The notes under the pieces: model-generated | Told to the model about the DNA's origin: nothing | The model's database searches: none | The model's input: the letters and a program-made list of their open reading frames with translations, nothing else | In this document: one piece after another, positions 11,401 through 22,878 of the stretch | Position numbering within the stretch: position 1 is the stretch's first letter | Layout: each line of letters starts with the position of its first letter | NCBI GenBank assembly: GCA_000708835.1 | Contig: DF236981.1 | Coordinates: 248,001-312,000 of the forward strand | Source: Klebsormidium nitens | Lineage: Eukaryota; Plantae; Klebsormidiophyceae | DNA: 64,000 nt | Direction: 5' to 3' | Made by a program: the position numbers and the translations under genes

Positions 11401-14096
11401 ATTCGGGGGGTCCGCCTGGACCACCACCCCCATCGACTTGATTCCCACGAAGGAGATGAAGACTCCAATACCTAAGGGCAAAGAGATGTGTGTTGCTTGT
11501 TTGTTTCGTGTAGGGTACTGGAGAACGTAAGGAGATAAGCATCGGCTTGGAAAAGAAGACGGACACAGTGAGAATACGACAAAGACAAGTGGGGTTGCTC
11601 AATCCGAAGGTAGCATATTGAGAGCTTTCAAGCGATGAGCATAAGGACGGACATTCTGATAGTCTTTCTCGTCTCCTTATTAACAGTGTCAATCGCTTGG
11701 TGCTTCAGCTCCTCTTTTTTAACTCTGATCAAAGCCTTAAAAGCATCAAAGAGCCCAGAATCATTCTGCAAGTTCTGCAAAAGTACAGACCTACACGACG
11801 TTGAGAATTGGGAGGGGAGATTGGGCCCCAGAAATGAAAGAGGCTGTCAAAGATTGAAGCAGGGCGTCGGACTGCAGGCGGTGGAAAGCCACGACGGCAT
11901 GCAGAGTTTGGCGGATGCAAGCAGATACTTTTTGGATGGCAGTCCTTACCTGCGGCTCCAGCCATCAGCACTGTCTTGGGGAACAACTTCATCAGAGAAG
12001 ACCGGAAGCCGCCGAGTGCAATCGCGGTAAACACAATTCCCTCGAGGACTGTGGCAGCTAGGGCCTGCAGGAGTATCAGGAAAGAGCGTTTCAAAGGCAA
12101 GCATGCTGAATGATGCGAGAAGAATTGTCAAACGAGTTTAGGGTTCCCTGAGCACCTGAAGCGGTGGATTTAATGAAACCGTGACAGGATGCGGGAAGCA
12201 AGCGCAAGCAGGAGTGCGAGCATTGGGAAGGGTTTAAGTTGCAAAACTTGAAACATAGCCTTAAGTCACTTGTTGTGAGCCATTCAGATGATGCAGGGGG
12301 CAACAAACATTGCAATTCTGTGAAAACAAAGAGGACTGAGCCTCTCAACTTTGGAGCTTAGAAGTTGAGGCACAGAGCCAGTGAAGAACTCCAGCCTGCA
12401 AGCGGCTGACCTTATTGTAGTGAATCTCGAAGCCGTCACAGCCGCCATCTGGGATAACGGACCCCTCCGGGCAGTATTCGGGCTTGGTCCCTGGCTTGAT
12501 GACTTGGTACACAAAGTAGACATTGGTTCCCAGCTGAACACTGCAAACCCAGGGGTAGTTTGCAACCAACCCCATGATGCCAGTGGCAAAGCCAGTGGAG
12601 ATGGCAGTGGCGAGCAGCACATCGCCCTGACACAAAAAGAAGTTAGGAGCGGGTCAGAACAGGATTCTGGTCATACTTGGCTGCATATGATCCTGCTTGA
12701 TAACCGGAATTTCACCGTGCTGCTTCCAAATGAATGTTGGCACCAAGATGATTGAGGGAGAGTCCAAGTCAATTGAAATAGGTTGCTTTTAGAGACCGTC
12801 AACTGATCAATCTTCGAAAGATCTTCATATATCCACTCATGTTGTGAAGTTGTTAAGTTCACGCGTGACCTCAATAGGTGTTCTCTGGTAGTGACGTTCA
12901 AGAAGAACGGAGTTGAGATTGGCACAGAGGATGGCACCAGACAGAAAGCAAGCACATTGGTTGCATTGTCCAAGGGTGCCGGCAAAGTCTAAGGAATGGC
13001 CAAATTTTCTACCTTAGGAAGACCTCCGGCGCTTAGGATGAGGGGGTTCAAGAAGAGGATGTACGCGGATGTCATGAAAAGTGTAAGCCCGGCACTGCAA
13101 GGCAACAAGAGGCATCATTAGATGGTCAGAGTCATTGGAAGAGCGTACTCTTGATACTTCTTGATAGATTCCAGTCAGAAGTTAGGGAGTGTGCTTTGAA
13201 TCCTCCAGGATGAGCTCTTGACTTGCAGGTTACAGAATGCAGCTTGCCTTGAGTGAACTCCGTAATTTGTAAGTGGCTTACAGACTGTCAGATTACTAGA
13301 TCTTACACCTGGTTTGAAAGGGGACAACCATTTGCCATCCTTATCCGCCGACGGTCCATTGGATGATAGTAGCAATGGAGGGGTTGTAAGGGAAGAACAA
13401 AAATGTTTGCAAAGACTGCAATGAATTCTATCAACAATGACCCAAAAAGAAGCTAGCTATGGCACGCTGGGGCAGACAACTAGATTCTCAGGTGATTGTC
13501 ATAGATTGTTTTGCAAATCTTACCTCGAAAGCAGTTGCAGCAGAAAGTGCTCTTGGCCCTTTTCGAAACAAGTTTTTATCCACACAACACATCACCTCAA
13601 AAGCTTCTAAGCCGAAAAGATTTGGCACATTGATCAACACAAAAGGTGTATAATATTCTCAGAGATGTGTTTCGATTCTGCAAAATGTGAAGTAGATCAA
13701 AGAATCTGTATAATGCAAGAGAGATCTGCTGTGGCTACGATTTATTTAGCGGTGTTTTGAGCATACAAAGTCCAGATAGCGAAACTGAATCCTGGGAAGA
13801 GCCAGTCAACAGGCACATAATGTACCCTCCAAGAACCCAACAAAATCGACTGCATAAGTTCCCAGCCAGCCTAGGGATGACAGATGCAGCATTTTGCCAT
13901 TTCTTTTAGCTACAATGCACGATGTACCGTACCCCCTGTTGGCTAACCAAGAAATAAAGCAAGCAATCATGAAAATCATGCCTCACCGTAGCTCTGCCAT
14001 AATGCTTGACTTCCGCCGGGAAATGTGGAAGAACTTGTCCAGCTGCTTAGAGACGGGGTTCGCCACAACGGCGTTCTCAAATGCTGAGAGGCCCAT
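8418..14096 (-). CDS. AzgA/AZG-like nucleobase permease (NCS2 family); 9 exons, 510 aa
   Basis: Exons 14096-13987, 13094-13013, 12626-12411, 12064-11950, 11471-11262, 10880-10740, 9827-9468, 9049-8885, 8551-8418 (1533 nt, in phase). Motifs: LDKFFHISRRKSSIMAELRAGLTLFMTSAYILFLNP, AFVTFLYLD, TTYVESAAAVKEGGRTGL, IEWKDLTEAIPAFLTIIVQPFTSNIAYG. Confidence 0.9.
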
Positions 14097-15021
14097 GTTT
14101 GCTGGTGGAAGGTCCTCTCGACAAAGATCTATTCAGGCCGACGGGAGATGCGCGGAGCGCGATGCGGTGCGGTTGCTCTGAAACAGGAGATTCTCACTGC
14201 CAGATGTTTTATGCTCAATTGCGGGGAGAATCGACGTCCAGACAATGTTTCAAGAAAAGTGCAAAAGCAGCTCTGAAGGTTCTGGTTCTTATGTATTGCC
14301 GGAGCGTCAATGGAGAAATGATGGAAAATCACTTCTCTGCCATCATTACGTAAAAGGAGAATGATGCTGCAAGTACATATGTTCTGCAGATACCTACATT
14401 TTCTCATCAGTGTTCTCTACAGGCTGCTGACTCCCTGCAGTGTTTTTCACTTCAATGAGCAGTCTGCATACCGTATGTGACCAGCCAGCTCCTTTTCTCA
14501 GCCTTAAGCCTGCGAGGGATGTCTTAATCAGGCTCACGGGGATATTCTGACTACTGACATAACCCTAAGGTTAACGCAGAACGCCACAAGCGTGCTAGTT
14601 GCAAATTCTGGTTAAACCGTTAAACCGCTAGCCTGAGCGGCCGGTAGGGATAGCTGCTAGCACGATTCCGTGGCTGGGAGATCGGCTCACGAGTCACGAG
14701 TCACGAGTCGCTTGAACTTGAAGTTTTCTCGGCCTCAAACCGGACTTCGGCCAAAAGCTCGGCGACGAAGTCTCATTCTCCACGTGGCAAAACAAAATTG
14801 CGTTCGACCAATCAAGATGGCGGAAATGTCGTACCGGTTACGAACAAGTGGCGAAAGTGAGCGCCGACTCAGGATTGGTTGAACGGCCTGACAAGCAATC
14901 ATCACACTGCGATGCGGCGCCATTTTGTAATGATCACACGACTCCTTGAGTTTATTCTGCTTCAAGTAGGGTCTACAAATGTTGGGAAAATACCCCCCTA
15001 AAGAGATTGATTCTTTCATCC

Positions 15022-15474
15022 AATGATGAGCTTGTGCAGCGGCGAAATGATGGCCCGGATCCTTGCAACAGGTTCCTATTTGGAAGGGGGGAAGCCCACC
15101 ACTCCACGATCGAGCGCCAAAGAGCCAAGCAGTCCCCTGGCAAGAGAGAGGACCTTCCACCAATGATGAGCAGGGTAAGGGTACAAGCGGCCAGCCTGTC
15201 GAACGGATGGTACGGAGGCGGTCAGCTCGGAAGATAAGGTTGCAGAACCGCCACACTTCCAGACTGGGGGCGTTTTTCAAATCAGATTCATGCCCCCTGT
15301 TGACCCTCCTTCTGCGGATGATAAGCTTGTGCTGCGGCGCAATGATGGTACGGACGGCTCTCCATTTTTGAATCAAGTGGGGGCATGGCCAGTGCAGCTC
15401 TTGGGCCCCCTTGCTAGAGTTCTGGTTGGCTGCCAATGATAAGCTTGTGCTGCGGCGAAATGATGGTACGGATG
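15022..15474. repeat. Three dispersed direct repeats of about 35 bp between the triuret-hydrolase-like gene and the permease
   Basis: atgat(g/a)agcttgtgc(a/t)gcggcg(a/c)aatgatgg at about 15022, 15318 and 15436. Confidence 0.7.
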
Positions 15475-16655
15475 CAGCATTTTACCGGTAGCAAGAAGCT
15501 TGTGACCCTACCGGTCGAAGCAACGCCCCCACTTGGCCAGATTAGGCCCGGGCTTTGCAGCGCATCTGGAGGCCCTGAATGCCCTCCGACCCTTGCATCG
15601 AAACTCGAAGGTTCTCGCCGGTCACAAAACTTGCTTATTCATCAGGAATGTTTCATGCAGATTGCATGGGAGCTATGAATCAAGTGAACAGTGGCCGTGT
15701 AAACCATATAGGATTAGCTATACTAAAGAAGTGTTGGCGTTTCTCTTCTTCATCAATCATGGCATGGTTAGAACTTTTGATGACCAACTTACCAAGCGGT
15801 TCGAGCAATGAATCTCCCAGCACATATTGCTTGCCCATGTCCTATATCGGCTACTCCCGCGGCACACATAGCTTGCTGACAAATTGTGTTTCAAGGAGAA
15901 GCAATCATGTTCACACATATGCGATCTTCAGCACGTTATTCAAGCCTAGCAATCTGGACTCAGTGACGTCGACCACTTCGCACGTCGAGTTCGTGCATGA
16001 ACAGTACATTTGTATAAGCTGTGTGAATGCATGTGTTGCCGGACATCATATCAAAATACAAGCCTACAATTGGGCGTGGCCTGTGTATAGAAATGATACG
16101 AAGAAGTTCGCACGAATTGCTGCTTGCTTAGTGCAGTCTTGACAAGATGTTGCTATATACGTGTGGTCAATCGGTTATTCTGCTTAATTACCGTCCTCAA
16201 GAAATGTCATGATATATAAATGTTCTACCAATCAACTCCTTGACCTTAGTCTACCTTAGTTCAACCCTCGTTCAAAACGTAACAAGCACTGACGGCGTGA
16301 CGCAACTGCTCCGAATAAATGAGGTACAACAACCGTGATAGTCTTCACTGCTGAGATCAATTGGCGATAATTTGCAGTATCCAAGCAGTTGTTGTTACCC
16401 ACAAACGTATTCCATGATAATTGCCTTGGTGGTGGGCCCTCTATCCACACTCCACTAGAGGTTGCATAACATATATACACTATCGTTCTTCTATCCGAAG
16501 CTGGACTCTCGATCCTTCATACTATCAAGTATACGGTAGCAAAGGCCCAGGCCAGCGGTTCGAGGCAGCCAGGCTTTTGCTAACCGTTCCTAGATGCCAG
16601 CCCTTCCTAACGAATAAATCAATGTAAAGCTGAACGGCCCGGCTAGGCCCCGCCT

Positions 16656-19600
16656 TTAGGAAGTTGTGCCGTTGGCGTGAGTCTCCTTGCTAGCCAGCAG
16701 CGCATCTCGGACTTCTTGGGCAGACGCAGTCCAGCCCACAATCGCCCCCTGACTCGCGAGGATCTCCAGCGTGGAGCTCTTGAACCTGCGGGACGGCGAA
16801 CAACTTTGACTCAGTGAATAAAGAAAAACGGTTTAGGATGGCGGACAGGTCTCAAGGTCCGAAAGGCTGGCCGGCCTTGAAAAGCGTCAATCTGTACCGG
16901 AAAAACCTTAACTTAATGTAAGCTTGTCTCGGCAATCGCACTTTGTCAGCCCCCAATATGAGTCGATCATGTTCACCCAATCTGAATGATCATGCAGAAG
17001 GAGGGAAACTTGAAAAAGTCGTTGAAACCTCACTCAGGAAAGTAGCTCTCCGTTGCGTCTGTCACCATGAGGCACTCGAAGCCCCGGTCGCAGGCCTCGC
17101 GCATCGTGGTCTGGACGCACACCTCGGTTGTCACCCCCCCGAACAGCAGGTGGGTCACGCCCTTGGACCTGCAAAGAGACACGAACGGAGAGTACTGAAT
17201 GCTGAGCCGATTTGTGATTTTCTCCCAACTCGAGTCGGATCGAGCAGTTGATATGGGTTCGGAAGTGTTTAGGGACCAGAAGATACGCGTCGAAGATTGG
17301 CCAATCGAAGAGAACGGCAAGCTTATAGTTGGATACGCCCGCCCGAACTCGCGAGTGCACGACAATTGGATGCTCCGTAACGCGCCTGACCATTCGTACT
17401 GCTGATCGTAGTCTCCGTTGTTGACGCTCTTAACCATGCGCCAGCTTACAAGCCAACAGCTGAACGGCGTGAAGGGTGGACAGCCATGCAATAAAGTGTG
17501 ACGAAAAACGCGGACGCTCCACTCTGAGCGACGACACATGTGAATACCTTTTAGTAAGTTTCAGATTCGACATGGAGGAAGGAAGCCAGATTGAGTGCTC
17601 GAGGCTCGACAAGAGGTGAAGCACAACTTACAGAAGAAACTCGTAGATGTCGGTCTGGTAGAAAGCGCCTTTTCCGGGCTTGTGGATAGCCTACAGGTAA
17701 GGAGACTCCGAGTCAGCCTCCGGGCACGAGCGGCAGATAAAGCATTGAGGCTCGCTGTGGGCGCTTTGGAATGAATGCCGAAGCAAGTTGCAAAGAAACA
17801 GCAGTGATCGCAGATGTGACAGAGAGCTAGCAAGGGACTTAGAGCTTTTATACGAGTCCCACGTGTTTCAACTCCGACGAGGCCGACAGGTTTGAAAGGC
17901 ACGTCACTTCCCTGGATGTCTGCATCTGCCCGGCCCGGTAGAGAATCACGACTGATCTTTTCAATCCTTTGGGTCAGCTGTCCATATGATCGAATCACGA
18001 GCATTTGCTCCCCAGATTCACGGAGTCAAGTACCATGATTGAGACGCAAACTGCGAAGCCATACCTTCTCGTTAGGGGCCGGCGCGTTCTCGTCGACGAT
18101 GCCGTTCCCTTCCTCATTTCGGACGAGGATGCGGCCGCCAATCTCGCCCTGCGTTGCCAAGAGCAGGCACGACTCAGGTCCCGGTTCCAAGCAAGATTTC
18201 GTAACATTCCCTCAAGGCAAATTGAGTGTTGCTGAAAGAAGGAAGCACACGCAGCTGAGTTCCCAGATCCAAAAGCTCTTTTTTTCCTAAACAAGACGAC
18301 AGTGGTCTGAAATCGAGAAGCAGGACTCAACGCAGATCAACCGCCGGAACATCCCCGCGCTGGTTGACAAAGAGAGGTAGCATTGCCGCAGACACGTGCC
18401 GCTCCCAATCACGTCACGCTTACGACCGCTTCCAGACACACCACACCTTCGCGTATGAACCTCCCAATGTAGAGATTGCAACCACTCCATAAGGAGAGAC
18501 AGACGCTTTGTGATTGCGCCAAAAGAGTCTACAAAGAGCGGACGGGTCACCTCATCTCCGATCCGGAGCCCGACCGGCAGCTGCCCTCGGGTGAGCTTGG
18601 CCAGCGGGGCGTCGCTCAGGTCCGGATAATGCGCCTCCAGAGTGTGGACGATGGGCATGCCGAACTCGCGAAACGTATCCTGCAGGCAAAGATATTGAAG
18701 TGAGAGTTGGATCTTGACGCGGAAAGCAACATAGAAAGTCCGAAAAACCTAGTCTGGGAGCGGAGTACTTAGGTCCCGGGTGGTGCGCCTCTAGAGTGTG
18801 GGACGATCGGCATGCCGAACTCGCAAAACGTATCCTGTGAGCAAAGAATTTGTGGATCCTTTACCTCTGAGGCAAGAACCAAACCTAGAGGTCAGCAAAA
18901 GTCTACTCTACCGCAGCTGTATATGCTTGATGGCGGCTTCAGGATCGAGTACCCAATCCGCTGTCAAGCGGACCGCCGAAGAGATTAGGAACAGGAACGA
19001 GAGTGCGTCTGAAGAGGGTTGTGGTGCGCTATTGCGGTCCTGGCAAAGGCAAGACACCCCGTCGCTTGAAAAGACGTCAGACGAGAATGGGAACAGAGCT
19101 GAGACTTGCGCTCTCCTCGCAAGGCCCATCTGAATGTATCGAAGTGCAACATCTGGTTAGCGGTGCATTAGCGAAGCGAACACGACAAGATTCGAGCAGG
19201 AGAAGACTTCAGCCTTCGATTAGGTAAAGCGAAGCGGGTGTTTGATAGTAGCACACCGAAGATCCTTCGGAGGGTCGAGCAACTGACGCACGAGCAGCAA
19301 GGACGATGGAGCCTCAATTCAGGTTAAGAATGGCGGGTACAGATCAACAGCGAACCGGCCCGCATGGAGGGTCCACTCACCAGGAGTCGGCAAGCATACC
19401 TTTAGCGTCAGAAGATGTAGACGAAAGCGGAAGGATGTCCGCAAAAAAGTAACTAGCATGGGCGTCCGCTCACCAGGATCATTCGTACGGTAGGCACGAT
19501 GGCTTGCAGCAGCTTGACGTTGTTGCCCAGCGTAGACCCAAAGCCGCCCTCCTCCACAAAGTCCCTTTGCATGTCGATCATCACCAGCGCGGTCGCCTCA

Positions 19601-22600
19601 ACCTAGAAAGACACACCGATGATGATCAGTGAGCGACTTGTGAATCGGTGCGATTGTCGCTGGCGTTTTCGCCTCCACCTGAAGAGACACACCTATGGTT
19701 AGCAGTCCGCATCTTCGATAGTCGGTGAGAGTAAGACTGTGGCAAAGTCTTCGCTCGAACAAGCCACAAGCATACAGCGCGGTCAGTACCTGGAGGTGAA
19801 GAGACTTACGCAACGTTCAAGGCTGCAGGCTTTCGTGCGACTAGGGCAGGGGCCTTAAGAGCGCAGTTGTCAGTCTGGTCATGTATATTCAATCGAGACG
19901 AGACTAGCAAGAGGTCAGCGTTTCAGCAGGGCAAACAAACATCATAAGCGGACGTCAGACTCTTGGACGAATTTCATCGTGACTCGAAGCTCATTGCGCA
20001 TGTTTCAAGCTCAAAGAAGCGCTTGGTACACAATGACTTGACGCATCCAGCTACGCTGCTCCAGCTATACTTACTGGGAACGTGAACGGCCAAGGCTTGG
20101 CTCCCTCCACGGTCGCTCTCTTCATGTTTTCGTAGTTGGCCGGCAGCGGCACAACGGCCGGAACCAGAGGGTCCGGCTTTCCGATCCAGGGGACCTTCGC
20201 CCACGCCTCGTCGACCGGTTCCGGCGGGCCAGCGGATTCCGGGCTGGAGAGGCCGGAAAGAACGGCATCCAAGCTGGCGACCCAGCCGATGATCCCGCCC
20301 TGGGCCGTGATCTGAGTCAGCGACGCCGCCTTGAAGCTGCAAGAGGAACTCCAGAAGAAGCGGAAGTTAGACGCGGCATCCATCCGTTTCCGCTGAAGTA
20401 GAGTCGTTCCGCCAAAACTGCTGCTTCTGGACGTGAAAGGTGATGTGCAGCTTGAACCTGATGAAAGCGCGAGGGGTTCAACGGAAGCCGGTCCGAAGGG
20501 TCCGCCTTCGGTGAAGAGTAGGAAGCGGGCAGTTGCAGCAGGAACAAAACAAAAGGTGCATGAAGCAGCTCTGTCTTGGTCTTTGTACATTTGAGATCCC
20601 TGCTGAATCGAGATGCCTTGAGTTGCCAGCTTTTATAGGCAAGAAACCAGGTGACAAGACGACAGACAGTATCACAAGCCGACCAGGAAGAGGATGTCGC
20701 ATGCATAGTCGAGGTTTCGAAGCTACTAGCGCCCCAAATCGCACCGCAGACCTCAGCAGCCTGTTCATCTAGTTCGTTCACTTTTTCAGACTCAGCAAAG
20801 TCGTTCGGTAAGAGCTGTATAAAATAATGGAGAACGCTGCTGCTTACTCGGGGTTGTAGCTAGCGGTGCACTCGTCAACTAGGAGCGGGTCGAAGCCGCG
20901 GTCGTTGAGCTCGCGCATGACGATCTGGACCGTGATGTCGGTCTCCAGTCCGGCGACCAGCACATAGCGGATTTCCTCCTTGACCAGGAATTCGTGAACG
21001 TCTGTGGCGTGGCCGATGCCCTTGCCGGGAGTGTAGACAATCTGCCATAGGAGATGGGAAACTTAAGGGGGGGAAGGAGAAATACGTATGGATGTTGGGT
21101 TGGATGAGAAGAAAGACCTGTGGCTGTCAGATATGGCTGATGCCATTGCCGAAAGTGAAAAGACACCTCTGAAAAGACATGGAAAGAATGGGAGGAGAAG
21201 AAAGACAGTTCTGGATTTCTGCTTTGCAAGCGGAGTGCTATTTGAAGAAGAATGATTGGCAAGGTGGATAAGTGAAGACAAAATGGGAGAGACTGACAAC
21301 CAACCATGGTCGGTCTCCGATTTGAGGACAGCAGCCTTCCGTGATGCGATGAACTGATAGAATCTAGACTTACTCACTCACACAAGGCCTCAGCAGATTG
21401 TGTGTCCAAGTTTGAGAAGACGGATGAAATGAAGGGAATCCAGTCACATAAAAGAGGGATGGTGGGAAGCAAGAAGCAAACAAGTCGTTCAAAGGATAGA
21501 CACACGAACGTTAGAAGAGTGGGGTCAGTAACAGGGTAATCGTGCAAGCCTTAAACACGTTGGGTTTTGAAAATCTGGAAATGGAAGCCAGGTTTTAACT
21601 CCCATGGTGCCTTTAGGACCAGCAGGGCAGTCTAAGAGAGCCTTCAAAGCTCTCCCCCAACTAAACCAGAAAAATGGTCCTTGCCAGAAAACCTCCGCGC
21701 ACAGAGTAACATTTGACAAGGGGACCTACCTTCTCTCCATCTAGGGGGGCCGCATCATCGACGAACTGCGTGCCAATCTCCCCCTGAATCAGGATGCGCC
21801 CCCCTTGGGAGCCCTGCACAGAAGAGGCTGGTTTTAAAGAAAGATCCACCAACAAGCATTCGCTCAACCAGCAAGAAGAACGCTTACCAGTAGCTTCAAA
21901 GTTGATGGCACATTCTTTTCAGAAGCTCACACTGCTAGCAATTGCGGAGGCAGATCTGTACCACCCCTGAGCCCTCACTTAAGTAGGTGCGTTGTTTGCG
22001 TGACTGCAGAAGGATCATGGCAGCAGATGACTGTGCTCTCACCTCATCCCCAATGCCGACTCCGCCAGTCTGCTTCTTGGTCTTGCTGGCCTTGGAAGGG
22101 GCCAGGTCACTCAGGTCTGGCTTGTATGCTTCTGCCACATGGACCACGGTCAGCTTTGCCTCTCTGGCTGCTTCCTGCAGAAGATTCTGTGCAAATGGTT
22201 CTGACATTGATGCTGAGTGGTTTGGAGCTCTTGATTGCAATTGACCAGTCCCATTTGGCCGTCAAGAAGAGGGAAGTGGCTTGAGTTGATCATAAGAGAT
22301 GGCTTCTTTTGTGGTCAAATAGAAGCCACTATCAACAAAGATAATGCAGCTGAACGGAACACAGGAGACTATTTGGCAGGTAAGATATAGCATAACAAAT
22401 TATGAGCCAGGTTTCATGGCACACTCACCAGGAGTTTGGCGACTTCTGGCCTGATAGATTGCACTTTTGAAAGGTCGTTCCCAAGTAGTTCCGCATAGCC
22501 CCCGGGCTCCAAGAAGTCGTGCTGCAGCTTCAGCAGCAGAAGGGCAGTTTTGCCAACCTGCATTTGATCCCCCAGATCAGCTTGGAAGTCATTCTTAAGA

Positions 22601-22878
22601 AAAGGAAACCACCAGACAGAGGAGAGCTTTAGACGGATCCGCTGGCCTACTGGCAGCACCTTGTACTGCTCTCAAAGGTTGATACAGGTGCTTAGCTCAG
22701 GTCTTGCCTTGAATTCTACCTGCCTCCAAATGTTGATTGCACAAAGCGCAGTCCCCAAGCAGCTGGGGTCAACACAGATTCTTCTATAGTGGAGATGACA
22801 CATCTGGGGCTGGGAGTGACTGATGATGCTTACTGGCGACTTGAAGTCTCGTGGCTGTGCTTTGATGACATACTCCAT
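16656..22878 (-). CDS. trtA: Tandem two-domain triuret-hydrolase (TrtA)-like cysteine hydrolase: degenerate N-terminal domain plus intact C-terminal domain; 12 coding exons, about 503 aa
   Basis: Exons 22878-22834, 22557-22429, 22174-22043, 21813-21730, 21041-20848, 20336-20075, 19602-19474, 18679-18551, 18148-18065, 17690-17632, 17168-17034, 16785-16656 (1512 nt, in phase). Domain 2: [93 protein letters not shown]. The GGFG..LGN and TEVCVQ signatures match TrtA rather than BiuH, as recalled. A splice acceptor at 22894 means the true start may lie in an upstream exon. Confidence 0.82.
18771..18846 (-). repeat. Degenerate intronic copy of the acceptor and 5' part of trtA-like exon 18679-18551
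   Basis: gcgcctctagagtgtgggacgatcggcatgccgaactcgcaaaacgtatcctgtgagcaaag versus the exon gcgcctccagagtgtggacgatgggcatgccgaactcgcgaaacgtatcctgcaggcaaag. The copy has a 1-nt insertion. Confidence 0.8.

Noticed and set aside
14735-15436. 233-aa minus-strand ORF
   Set aside because: It overlaps the triplicated repeat, has no recognisable motif and shows no clear splice context.
1096-22878. One giant TrtA-TrtA-GGCT-BiuH polyprotein, or a bacterial contaminant operon
   Set aside because: Each gene has its own stop (16656, 8418, 1096), the permease lies between the hydrolases, and all three contain many phase-consistent spliceosomal introns.
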